This document shows positions 1 to 13,000 of a stretch of 64,000 nucleotides of DNA, piece after piece. The notes below the pieces were generated by a model. That model searched no databases, was not told the DNA's origin, and saw only the letters and a program-made list of their open reading frames with translations. The translations under genes and the position numbers were made by a program. The stretch's first letter is position 1; each line of letters begins with the position of its first letter. The DNA is from Phoronis australis (Eukaryota; Animalia; Phoronida), in NCBI GenBank assembly GCA_002633005.1, contig NMRA01000131.1, positions 173,798 to 237,797 of the forward strand. Direction: 5' to 3'.

Positions 1-511
1 CGTGGTACGTAGTCGTAGTCGTAGGTAGGCACTGTGAAAGAGAGTAATAGCCACAGTGTCTCTGGGGCTGAGAGATTAACCAAGATACAATACCGCTGTT
101 TTTGAGACGAGTGAGATTGATTTCAATACGCTGACAGACCGACTCATTCCCAGCTGCAGACATATTCAACACAGTTTTTGAGAGCTCCCTGTAGCCGGCT
201 TTTCGACAACGACTTGCTTGTCGCAGCCAGGCGGAAGTCAGCTTTAAAAGCGGCAAACTAGCGCCACAGCGAAAATTGTTTTAACTCAATTAACATACGA
301 GTTATCAAACCAAAACATTTCAAACTTTGAAAATTGTAGTTTTTTGCCACATACAGTCTTTTTAGGGAAACTAATTATACATAAACTTATAAAATATATA
401 AATAAATGAATATATATAACGTGGCTATAGATAGAGCAATGCGCCCTCTAGTGTTAAAAAGTCAACAAATTGCAAATTGAGCAATCGACTCCTGTCAACA
501 ACCCGAGAAAA

Positions 512-3452
512 ATGTCTTCGTTACTGACTCCAGAAGATTTAACTGCTTCTAAACTAAGTACTCCTGACCTCATTCAACAGGTAATCAATGTGTTGTTTTT
601 AACTTTTGATGAAATACTGGCAGTGAATCAGCAATTCTAATCGCTTTTTATAGGCGTAGTCGTAAAGACTTGAGTCTTGAGTTCTGACTTCTCATCTGCC
701 CTGGTTCTATTCAATCAATCTTTATCAATGACAATGTTTTGGCCGACTGGCTACTCATACAGTCATATAGACAGTGCCACTGTTTCGAACTTCCTGCTTC
801 AGAAGCTTTATACGCCAGACGTGTTTCGGCGAACTTTGCCTCATACTGATTAAAACATCAAACTCATGTTAAGCACAGGCGTCCTCAGCTTCTGATCGTC
901 CCCAATACACTACATATAATACTACAAGGTATGACACTCCCGACTAGAAATTCCACGGGTGTTTCACTTCAGCCGTCCATAGCAAATGTAAAACTCAATA
1001 AATTTACACAAAACAGAGGTTCAACAAACCAGGAAGAGTTGTTCTTTCTCCCAATACCATTCACGGTGTCCTGTTGTGGTGACTTCGTAAGAAATTCGCA
1101 GTCAAAGAACAAAAATGTTCACAAAAAGCTCCCACACACCTTCATCGTGGGCCGCTCGAGGTCAAGGACGGTACGGAAATTGCCAAATTTATCTCTGAAC
1201 AGACCCCAAACTACTGCCACGAACCTTGATAAGTTGGCCTGCCGAACTTTGTAGGCTGCGGTGTGTCCAAATACCAATAAATCCATAGTGAAATAAAATA
1301 AAAACGTTTTTAAAGATCTAAATTGATACAAAATAGGTTTTTTTGTCTTTAATTTTCCAGTTACTAAACTTTTTTTCGAGAAGCCCTTCATTCAGTTGCC
1401 CAAATAGGCAACTGAATGAAGGAATGTGACTATATGTTAATCAATGTGAGGCATAATTTTCTGAAAAGCTTCTGGCCAGTTGAGACAGGACACAGGTCTG
1501 ATTCAGTGGTCCCTGACTTAGAAAACTAGGCAATCACCGAGTAATGAGGGTTCATTATTTAGTGGATGAAGGTGGTTATCTAAATCTGGGACTGCTATCT
1601 GACCATTGCCCATAACATAGACAGTGCCGTACACTACCACCGTCAACTAGCCCCAGAAGAGATGGTACTGTAGATCATCCCATAGGCCCTCCATACGCCC
1701 GAAGCTTTTTGGCGAATTATACCTTTTGTGCTTAGAAGGAATCCTTAGGAGGCTGTTGATGTCTGTAACTCTTCCCAGCTCATGCAAATACTCCCACAAT
1801 CAAACATTTTTGCGATCAGTCTTTCCCGCAATAAACGACAGATAATGTTGCTGTGTACCACCAGATGGAGCAGGCGATTGATTTTGTTGATGTTGGTGAC
1901 AAGTCGTCCAATCATTGCAACACTAGTGACAGCAGTCAATTCAACAATACCAAACTTTGTTATGTACCTAATTGAAGATCACTTTATGTCTTGGCTATTA
2001 CAGATTGCCTGGCTTTACTATATGAAAAAGGGTGGTGAAGCTCAAGGTGCTTTAGAAAAGATCACTGGTCTTCGTGTTGGCTATGAGCTGTATCAGAGGT
2101 TAACAAAAGAGCGTGAAGTAGAGGCATTACGGGTAAATAGTGATGTCTCAGTTTTCATGAGCAAGTTCCAGTTTTCAGTCTATAGTTAATTATATACTAA
2201 AGTATTGAAAGAAAGGGGATCTGCTTCAGAACATGGTGCAGAGATAACATGTCATGATGTTTCCTTTTCATTGACATGTGTTTTAATGGTATTTGTTACG
2301 ACAACCTTGCATGTGGTTGTCTAACCCCTTGCTCCCTTCAGACATCAACAGTAGACTTGCTAGATAAGCAATCTTATGAGCTGTGTTTGGATTCTCTGCT
2401 GTTCAAACCCTTGCCTGAATTGTACGGGAAATCTCATTACCAATGAAGACTCCAGATTTGGATAGTAAAGAGAATGTTATAAAGACTGTCTACTAAATGT
2501 TTACCAAAATTTTCACTTACTATTTAATATGCATTTGCATGGTGACTCCAGTCAAGATCATTTTTTACATCAACATGGTCGGAATATAACTAGGAAAGAA
2601 ATAATTGATAAAACCACTGACTGTTCACTATGTAGAAAATGTACCATTTTGGTTAAAGATTTTGGAGTCTTGAAAAAGCAGTGCCGAATGAGCAGCTCAC
2701 AGGTGTTTACCACACGCTTGCTCTGTTCAGTTAGGCTTGTGAGCTAGTTCCTACCATGTGTGTTAGTTTCACACTCTCTGCTTGCATGCCCTTCTTTCTA
2801 CCTACTGTCACTGTTAATTTCATTGTTTATTTTGCTTCTACCATGTTCATTTTGCCAAGAGCCTGAGGATGAGACATATGCGCTCAAAATATAGAGCCTA
2901 TTATTTTAATTTGTTCATTTGTAATGTCTATTGGCAATTTTCTTTATAACTGCACTCTGGAAGATCCGAAATTGTGCAGAGAGTATGAGTCAGGGTACAC
3001 CAAGCTGTCCAACACAAAGTAAATTTGTGTTTTCAATAAAGTTTATTTGTGATGTAAAATAATACTTCTTTATTTCAGAACACAACGGTGTCAGAAAGGA
3101 GACATTTAGTTTTTATCAATTTCCCTGTAAAAGTATGTAAAGTAGCTAGACCTATAGATAGAGGGAAGCTCCTCAATCGCCCAGTGCTAGCATTCCCATA
3201 CAACCACAGGGGCAGTTAGCTGAGAGCCTCATTAAGTTGGGAAAAGTTCAGAAGTTTAACCCTCATATGGTACAGTGTGCCTGCTGTCACTTGGCCTGAC
3301 ATTAATGAAGTGTTTTTTCTTCTTTCTAGAACCAGGTGATATTGAACATAGCCGAGTTCATCAAAAAGAATCCCAAGGCATCACAAGCTGCTATTGCCAA
3401 AGAGGTACAGTCGCAGATACAGATGTTCGCAGCAGCTCTACAACAGATGTAA
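512..3452 (+). CDS. Uncharacterised small protein, 106 aa, 3 coding exons (512-580, 2004-2132, 3330-3452)
   Basis: ATG at 512. Donors CAG|GTAATC and CGG|GTAAAT, acceptors TACAG| and TTTCTAG|, all phase 0, giving one open frame: MSSLLTPEDLTASKLSTPDLIQQ/IAWLYYMKKGGEAQGALEKITGLRVGYELYQRLTKEREVEALR/NQVILNIAEFIKKNPKASQAAIAKEVQSQIQMFAAALQQM*. CpG-rich promoter-like DNA lies upstream. Family not recognised. Confidence 0.7.
780..1480. repeat. Dispersed modular repeat / decayed transposon, related to 10420-11480
   Basis: 967-1130 aligns by eye with 11256-11420. The modules gcctcaNactgattaaaacatcaaa, its inverse tgtgaggcataattt and ttcagttgcccaaat...ggcaactgaa recur in both regions. Confidence 0.7.
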
Positions 3453-4375
3453 TGACATCTGTGGTGAAACAACTGACTCATAAACTCAGGACTTGTGATG
3501 TCATATGCTCTACAGTTCTGTGATAGTAGTTGTACATGCAATCCTTAGAATTGTGTTGTGTTCTGTGTTGTCCCATCATGTATATATTCATGTTGGTCTT
3601 AAAGCACAGCAGTCTTGTACCCTTAACAACATTGTAATTTTCATTACATGTTGTCAAATGAAGTAGTGTCAGCATTACTGACTGACTAACCTATTAATGA
3701 TGCATTTGTTTTCCATCTCCACTCTGGTATAAGCCAACCTCTTAGGAGCCAACCTCTTAGGTTTGGGTTACTCTCACCTATGAGCCCATGTTTTCAGATA
3801 TAAGCGCATCCCAATTTTTTGGCATGCAAGCCCAGGCTCGCCCCCTATTACCTTTCAGTCCACACCTTAGGCAGAGTTAGCACAAATCTTTAGAAAAAGA
3901 GGCTGCGACAGCACGCGTTCATCTCAAGCATGTCTCATGTCTTAGGGTGTAATATAAATGTCGGATATAAGGCCTTGCCTATTTTTAGAGATCCTCAATC
4001 ACAATCCTAATAAGCTTATACCAGAACAGATGCTGCAAGTCTTCATTCATGGTCATTCTTGATTATCAATGTTGAAATACTTTGGTTGCCATTTTTTAAT
4101 TTGTTCTATTGCTTATTTATAAATTAGTAGATATTGATATTGTATTGAATTGGTGTTTCGTTATGGAGGGTTTTTAATATTCGGTTGTTATATCTGCTTG
4201 TGATTGCATGTTTGGTCATATTTTATCTCTTGATCGTTATTTTCCATAAAAAATTAAACACTTGCTCATTATTTTAGCATTTTTTTCTAAAAAGCTTGGC
4301 AAATAAACCCACATCAAAAATCCTGGTTATGTTGCTTTTGATTTTTTTAAATTTTGTCATATATACAGTGTAAAT

Positions 4376-4892
4376 TTATGTAGAACCTTATCTTCAAGTC
4401 TATGTATTTAGCAAAATATCTACAAAACTGTAGACTTGAACTTCATGGGGAAAAGATTCTAATTTCTGATCATAGTAGAAAGCCTGTCACTTAGTTGCAA
4501 TCGGCCATGAACTGGGTCGTGTGTCTTGTCAATAAAATTTAGCAAACAAAGAACGGTACGTTGATAGTCAACCAAGGTGGTCAATAACATGTCATTGACT
4601 TACTTTTATTTGATAAAAATGTTAAGATGAAATTTCAAAAATGTTGCCATTTTCAAAATTTTCATTTCATTTTATGAAACTTGAAATTTTTCCTGAAAGT
4701 CATAAAAGTCCCAATTTATGGTAGCCCCTCATCCCAAAGTAAAATAGTTTAAGGCTAATTCATCAACAGGTGTTTGGAGAACTATGCAGTAGGCAGTCTG
4801 AAAATTTCATTCTGAATCCGATAAGTTATTTCTAAGATATGATGTTCAGAAATTAGCTAAATTTGAACATTCTTCTGGGGTCCTATATAACA
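4376..4892. mobile_element. Degenerate non-autonomous TTAA-type DNA transposon
   Basis: Right end ggtcctatataaca|TTAA is the near reverse complement of the left end of the 41679 element. Left end is degenerate (ttatgtagaacc) and its position approximate. Confidence 0.45.
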
Positions 4893-5479
4893 TTAAGTGT
4901 AATGGAATACGCGAAATGAACAATTGATCAAGTTTCTGATATATTTTGTTTTCACAAAATTCATCAGTTATAACGAAAACTATTGTCTGTTGCAAGTGGT
5001 TTGATTGAAATTAATTTGATTGTAACTTGATCTGCCTAGTATACTGTGCAATTGATATGTCCTGCTCCTTAATTTGGTATTTGAATTGAATATTGCATGG
5101 TCACTGTGGTAGTATTTTATCAGTGTGTTGTGTCCTTATCCCTCAAGTGCTGATATTCTTTGTAGATGGTCAGGGTGAGATATAAATAAGGCAGGTGACT
5201 AAATGAATAAGATACCAATTTATTTCTAAATACTAATATCTAAAGTGTGTGGAAGCCTCCAGACAATAATAAAATATGCACCTTTACTTTATCTACAGGT
5301 TTCTTTACTACTGTGTGATTGTGGCATAATATCATTAATCTTATAAATTGAAAACATGAATATTTTACACATGCTGTATCGAAATATTTCAAATGCTTTA
5401 CACTGAACAGATCTTTTGAAATATTTACAAAAATTAAAAATTTCAATTGCACTTGGGTTTACATTTTACAACTGGACAG

Positions 5480-8400
5480 TTAATATTGGCGTGGATCTGC
5501 CTTTTGTGGTGATAACGACCTTGTCCGTGTCCTGGTCCTTGTCCTTGACCTTGATCTCGACCTTGAACGGGGGCTGAGCACCATATGAGTAGCGTCTATG
5601 TATCCTGCACGGAAACCGTCCTCCATGTCTTCAAGTGCACTTTCAATTCCAATGGCCGAGACAGTGTGTGCGTGATGTGCCTGCACAAGTTTTTCTAGGC
5701 GAGAAATAATTTCAAAATCAGGTACAGCTAATGTGTTGATGTCTAAGCCAAGCATTCTGGAAATCACTTGTCGAAGATCCAACAGCTGTTTTTCTCTCTT
5801 GGAGGTTTCTTCAAGAGATAGCTTAGTTGTTCTTAATTCACTCGTCAAAGCCTGTACTGCATTCTGGGAAACCGCTTTCTTCTCCCCAAGCTCATTTTCA
5901 GTGAAATCCACTTCATCCTTCAGTTGACTAATCTTCTTGGATTGCTTCACTCGTACCTTATCCAGCTGTTGCAGCTTGAGCTCCAAATTTTCAATCTCTC
6001 TCTCCTGCTCAAGGGTGCGAACCTTCAAGCTAGATGAACCCAGGAGCTGTGCTTTGAGATCAGTTATCTCCTGACGTGCTTCGGCGACCTGAGATTGATA
6101 TTTCTCGACAAGGCGCTGCAGTTTCCTCACCTTCAGCGTCTCTCCATCCTTCTCTTTCTCAATTTCAGTCTTGCCAAGCAGACGTTCCTCCATGGCGGTG
6201 ATTTTCTTTCTCAGTAGGTCCAAATGCAAGTCCTTACTTTCCAGCTGTTCCTTTAGAGACTTGACCTTGCGTTGCAAGTTGTACACGTGAGTGCTGCGAT
6301 CAGCGAGAGCGTCAGCCTCCAATTTGACCAGCTGTTCGGCCCGTGCGACTATGGCTTCTCCGTTCATGTCGTATCCAATCTCGGCAGATATGCGATCCAT
6401 TTTCATGATTTCAGCAATTTTCTCCATAAATCTCAAATACTTCTCCTTGTCTGTTCTCAGTCCGTCGCGGAATACTTCATTGGCTGCGCAATCTCCCTCG
6501 GCTCGTTTCAGACGTTCTTGCAGGTCGGTGTTTTCTGCCTCAATTCGCTGGATTCTGCGCTCTGCTGACTGGCGTACCTCATACTGTCCCTCGAACTTTT
6601 CAGTCATGTTCTTGACTTTGTTTTCAAGCATGTCCACATGCTGCAAGTAGAAAGATATTGGCATCAATAATATTTCCAAATCTCATGCCCAAAGGTCAAA
6701 GGTGTTTATAAACCAGAATGCACTAAAGCCAGTGTATTATTTGCTTATAAAGCTTCCAGCACTTAAAAACTGTCAGATGAACCTAGCAAGCCAATGGTTA
6801 TTAAATGCTTTTTGTAACGTAACAACTTACTACATCTCTATCTCTGTTGGTGGCCTGAAGATGGCGGATCCTGTCCTTAATCCCTTCCTCACTGAGCTCC
6901 ACCTTATGGTATGCATCAGACAATAGATTTGAGAGTGATTCCTTGAACAAAGAATATTGCGTCTTAGAAGCCTGTACAGAGTGAGCCGTCTCGCGCAGAT
7001 CTCTGTCGAGTGTTGACAGACGACCTTCTCTCATTTCAAGTTCACGTTTTGTCGAATCCCAAGCCTTCTGTTTGATGACCAGTTGCTCCCTGATGAGTTC
7101 GAGCTCTCGTTCTAAGTTGTCTTTAGCACGCAAAGCATTATCAAGCTCCTGAAACAACATGAATTTAATTAAAGCTGGTTGTACAAACCGATGTTATCGA
7201 GTTGTCACCTAATTATCATTTGATTTATAAGTTGTCAGTTTTTCCAAGGCAACGAAAATTCAAACTTATACAAAAATCACCTTCATGAAGTGCAAAATGT
7301 AGAGTTCCGTGTTACTCTAGTTTCGTTTCAAAAGATGTACTTACTGCTTTGATGGTGTCCAGCTCAGATGTGTACTTGGTTGAGGACTTCTGTTCACGTC
7401 CAACCTCAGAAACTAGTCTCATGATGGTTTCCCGGCTGGCTTTAGATTCCAGCTCTGTGTTGGCGAGGGTCTCGTTCAGTGTTACTAGTTTACCTCTCAG
7501 CATTGCGTTGTCATTTCCCAGTTCTTTAATCTGGAACAATATACAAGTCCAATTGCAATCAAGTATTGACTGATAACCACTTCTATTATTTTTCTTATCG
7601 TTACTGTCTCGGTCTTTTTCGTTATTAACTTGTGTCTTGTTTACATACATGTAGGTAAACAGCACAAAACAAACTACATTTAATCTACATGACACTTAAT
7701 TCATGCGTAACTAAGTTTTAAATTTCTGTAACTCTAGAAATAAGATGTAGTTCAGTTATTGATTTTTGTCATTAGCATTCACCTAGTAGACAGCTCACCT
7801 TTGCGATCATTGTGTCAGCTGAGGCAGGTACAAATCCTGACACGTCATCACACATCAGAGCTCGGCTGAACCGACTTATAATATCCTTGTACTTGTTTTC
7901 CCATGAGCTTATTTGTTGCTCCTTGGAGTCTCTATCTTCAAGGTTAGACCTGCATGACAAAATGATAATCCTTATTAATATTCTGACCAAAAAAGTTTTT
8001 GCGGTATTGTTTCAACTTGAGGTAAATATCTTAATTGGCTACCATTTCAAAAATTGCATAGATTTTTCTAAAAGTGAGCAGAGACTGCACAGCTAGGTAC
8101 AGAACTCAATCAGTGATATAACATTTTCTACACTTAATTTAACTGACCTTAATCTTGATTCAAGTTCCGAAATTCTCTCTTGGGCCTCCCTATTTTCCTT
8201 CTGAAGCGTTGCTATGGTAACTTCACTGCGAGTTGCGACATTCTCAAGCGAGCCTGTGTTACTCTCTGCCTCCTGCAGCCGTTCTCGTAGCGACCTGACG
8301 AGCGCCGTCTGTCTGGCGTCGTTTTCCTTCTGGTTTTCCAGTTCATTACGTAGTTCCCTGATCTTGGAGTCTTTGCTGTCGTTCTCCAGCTGTGTCTCCC

Positions 8401-9746
8401 GTAATTCCCGTGTGATGTTTTCTATTTTGACCTGGAGTGCAGCTACTTCACTTCTGGCCGACTCGGATGAATAGCGCTCAACACTCATCCAATTATCCTA
8501 CAATGCAATAAAGTAATTAATGTATATGCATTTAGAAGAATGAAAATGTTTCTAAGAAATATAACAATCAGTTAGATATAAAATGTATCTAAGTAAATAC
8601 GATGAATTTTAAATCTATTATAAAACCTAAGCAGATTTTACAAAATAGTTATAATTTTTTATTGAAATACAGGGTTTGTAAATAACATAAATATCATCAC
8701 AGTATAACAAAATTTATTTTGTCCATCATTCTCGTAATAATACAATAGAATAGACTGTAAGTGTAGCGTGTCAGTCTATCAATACCCTACTTTGTAACCA
8801 TGGCGGCTCAATACTGCATAAACAGACCTGTGAGCCTTTGTTTACACAGGACAGGCTGCCATTGGATTCAATTGACCTAAATCAATAAATAGTCATCACC
8901 GGTCAGCTATAACAACATGCAACATCAGTAGTGCCTGGGTTGATTAAATGGACACGAATTATTACTAATAATAATAAACTTCACATTTGTATCTAATGTG
9001 AATTGAAGCTTGTTTACTGATTCGTGCATACCTTCTGCAGTTCAAAACTCCTTGAAGTTGGGTTTCTTGAACTATTTCTTTCACTTTCAAGTGAGGAAAG
9101 TTGTGCAATTAGGTGGTCCTTCTTTTTCATTTCTTCTTTGAACTTTTGAAGTTGTTCTTGCATCTGAAAAGTAATTCACTCGATGAATGGACTGTCTAAA
9201 ATCCACACATCATAAACCCGATGCATAATGTATTTATAAACGGATGAAGTACGTACATCGCAGTGTACATGTACAATGAAGTAGCAATTAAATCATGGAA
9301 AAGTATAATTCAGTACCAATCATTTTAAGATACGTAATGCTTTAAAATGAGTACATCAATTCAAAATATCGCACAACTATAACGATCGGCAGATGTATAA
9401 TTATAACATTCAAAAGAGTAGTGCTGATATTGACTGGTCATTCGTCAATTAAACATTAGATAGCGCGTCGTGTCCGCGATTTAGGTAACATGTCGATACA
9501 TTAGGTAGAATTCACACTCGCACCAACCTCTACAACAGCTTTTCTGCTTTGTGAAGGTGATGATGACCGGTTATAGATTGACGGACTCTGTTCCCTTTCT
9601 CTATAAAGGGACGCCGGTGCAGTAGTGTTGAAGCGCACATGTAAATCATCATCCACAGATGAAACGCATTGCCTTGCCCTTCCATGTGATCGTCGTATGC
9701 TGGGTAGGCCGTCTATGTATTTGTCACCGTCGAGGTAGGAAGCCAT
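5480..9746 (-). CDS. CCDC170: Coiled-coil domain-containing protein 170 homolog, about 838 aa, 7 exons (9746-9528, 9163-9032, 8497-8148, 7949-7799, 7530-7345, 7148-6831, 6640-5480)
   Basis: GT-AG junctions with compatible phases and a long coiled coil. Motifs KASRETIMRLVSEV, KDLHLDLLRKKI and LLDLRQVISRMLGLDINTLAVPDFEIISRLEKLV match CCDC170/C6orf97. Confidence 0.88.
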
Positions 9747-10020
9747 CGCCGATGAAAGCCTGTTACAGTTTTCGCGCTAGAAAATACTGTAAAACGTGTC
9801 CGTACTTTATCAATTCAGATCGAGAAATGCGTTGTGTTCAAGGTGTAGCCAAACAACTACCTGCCAGGTATCACCAGGGGCAACAAGGAAACAAATACCA
9901 CGGTGACACGTGACACGTTGACCTCGGAACTGACGTCACATGACCTGTCCGCACTGCGCCGCCATTTTGGTTGGAAGAAGGAATAGATTGTAGGTGATCA
10001 CATTTTTTTGTGACTTACAC
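9747..10020. promoter_or_regulatory. Compact bidirectional promoter, CCDC170 / COX7A2L
   Basis: 274 bp between divergent ATGs. X-box-like sites at 9870-9884 and 9895-9907, E-box CACGTG 9907-9912, nuclear-receptor half-site TGACCT at 9919 and 9941, CRE TGACGTCA 9931-9938, YY1-like CGCCATTTT 9960-9968. Confidence 0.7.
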
Positions 10021-13000
10021 ATGTTTTACAAGTTTAATTCGTTTTCGCAAAAGCTTGGGTCTGCCACACAAGTCAGCGCATATTTGTCTAAGGTAATTAA
10101 ATACTACCATTGGGAAATAACCGGAACTTGAATTGAAGTCAGACACTTGCACTGTGACTGTGTACGTGACCGTCGTGTCCTAGACGCTAGACGGTAGTAG
10201 TAGTAGACCTAGCACTGGCACCCAGGGGGCTTCGGTGATTTGAGCTTGTGGGGTCCAGGCTCAGGGACTGATACGTTGTAATACATACTAATATTCTGCA
10301 AATTACGCTTCACCCTGGGTAAACCATCGAAGACACGTTGCAAAAGTACCATTCGAGCACAGCCAGGCGTCCCTACTAGAGACTAGAGTAGACAGTGGCC
10401 ACCGTCTCTAGGTGGCCCCAATAGAGACACCTTAAGCTCTTCAGTGAATTATGCCTCACACTGATTAAAACATCAAAGTCACGTTGTTATAAATACCTTT
10501 TAGGCATAGAGCCTACCCTAGACAGACACTTAGCAGGGATATTCTTGGACTGCGCCTTTGCGCCAATACATCAAAAAAAATAAAAAGGTGCAAGTACATT
10601 GCAGTATTTTCTAAGCGCAGCTCTTCCAAAAATGCAAGATTCTTGTCAACTTACAGCTAGTTGGGTAAGATATTGGTTGCAGTCTTGCAGATGTCATTAA
10701 AGTGCTCAGATCAAGTTGACAGGCCGTTTAGGTTTTCCAATATTTGATCGTAAATTACCATTCCTGTGTACAAATGACAATGCGTCACTTGGCTATAGCT
10801 GCAACTTTGACATTCAATTATCTTCCAACACAGCATGGGGTTTCTGTTTCATATGTTACCACTTGAAGTGCATTGAGTCTGCTGGGCACACTCTCATAAT
10901 TAAACTTTTTCTTCCAACAGTCCTTTGTTCAATTGCCCAAATTGGCAACTGGTCATTTTTACACCGCGCATACTCCTATTTTTACTGTGCTTGTGTTAAA
11001 AATGGCCAGTTGTCGATTTGGGCAACTGAACGAAGGACTGCTTGAAGAAAAAGTTAGAGTGTTGGCGGAATTAAATACATCGACGGCCTCTTAAGGTGTC
11101 CCTCTATGCGCAAAAGGTATTTATAACAACGTGATATTTTAATCAGTGTGAGGCATAATTTGCCGAAAAGCTTCCCGCATAGGCAGTTCCTATAGAAGCT
11201 TCACTGTCTCTACTGAAGCCAAGTAGAATTCCACTGGGAATTCCATGGGTGCTTTACTTCAGCCCTCCACATCTAACACAAATCTCAAGAAATTTACACA
11301 AAACAGGGATTCAGCAAACCATGAACAGTTGTTCTTTCTCCTGATAGCATTTACAGCTTCTTGCTCCAGCGAGTTCGCAACAAATTCTCGATCAAAACAC
11401 AAAAATCTTCCCAAAAGGCCGATATGTTGCAACAAGTGTAGATGGGTCGCGTGACTCGGTTCAAGATCAAGTACGGAATTATCTGATGAGTAACCTTCCG
11501 TGATGAACCTGCAATTGCCATTATCCATCTGCAGAGATATACTTAGCCACTCGCCCAGTCGCCAATGCGAGTAAAAGTGGTGGTGTGTGAGTAGAAGTTA
11601 ACTTGCCGGTCGCCCGGTGGCGAGCTAATTTTCAGAGCGCAAAAGCACTATATTATGTTCCCGTTGAACAAAAAGAAATTTTCTCCTCCTTATGCTGTTT
11701 TTATCATCAATTTAATGTTCAGTTTGGTCAACGTGTTGATGCTCCGGCAGTAAAAAAACATTGGTGCTGTGCGATCATACCGATTCAGTAGATGTCACCC
11801 GTTACGCCATTCGTCTAGACAAAAGATCACAGTGTATGGTCATGCACAAAGGAATTTGTGGACTAGTTCGAAACGAAGAAAAGGGGGGAAGGCAGAAGAC
11901 CAATCCATGTGCTCACAGCAATTAAGTGAAATATCTTGGAACTGGGATTGTATTGTGTCTTTCCTGTTCAGATCTCTGTCAACAGGAATCCAGATTATTT
12001 TGTTCACGTAAAAACCACGAATCGAAACTTGATCAGGGTTAATGAGCCCGTGGCCAGGAAGCGCGCGGTAGGGCCTGATACTCTGGCAAATGAACTCTGA
12101 TGACACGCACGCGCTTGTTCACTCGGCTCACACCTGCATACTAACTTCAAACCAAACGTCACGTGACAACAACATGTGTGTTCTTCCAGATTTTTCTCGT
12201 GTTGCAGGGTGCGATCTAGCACAGGGTTGGATTTAATCTGCAGTTAATCCCAACTCCACAGGAACTTAAAAATCCTAGGGGCGCTATTTGGAAAACTTAA
12301 GGAGGATTTAAGATAATTTGTTGAGTCGAAACTGTGTTTTTACTCTAGAATTCAAGTTGCCCTGTCGACGATCGCGAGGCAGCGACGCATCAGTCGGCAA
12401 GTTTTCGCCCTGGGATTTCAGCACATTTTTTAAAAGAGATCGTAATTTAACAATAAAGTTTGATAGCAATGCACCACAGTTTTATCGAAAGTCTGTCATA
12501 GGTTACAGATACATCACGGCGCGTAAATTTGATGAATCCTTGCTTCCGATTTCACCCGTTTTGGAGGACTGCAACAAGCGTCTCCCTTCTGAAATGAAAT
12601 TTTCAAAGCACCCTGGACACTTATTAGGGAGAATACAGTAGCCCTTATAGATGGTGACATCAAGGCACGAAACAATGATTTTTATTTACACTAGCAGCAA
12701 GTTTGTGTTGACAGATGCAAACGGCCGGGCGACTGAACTTTGGGCTGGGCGAGTAGATTTTCTGGCTCGCCCAACTGGCGAGCAGGGTTTTGAAACCTGG
12801 GTATATCCCTGCATCTGTAAATCATTGTGTGTTCAGGAATATTATGTTTTCTGTAGATGACTGTCCATTCATACTTAGTTCTCAAAATCGTAAGTTTTTA
12901 TTTGAAATCGCAAGTGTTTAGTCAAGTTTGTAGTTTGAATCTAAAGGTCATCGAGTGCAAACTTGGACTAGACGCTGTTCTGTGTAAACCACATTATGTT

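Noticed and set aside
441-453. CTCF-like motifs (gcgccctctagtg here, similar near 37831 and 52443)
   Set aside because: Short motifs that can occur by chance in 64 kb and cannot be supported without binding data.
5733-8474. Plus-strand ORFs overlapping CCDC170
   Set aside because: Antisense shadows of coiled-coil coding exons.
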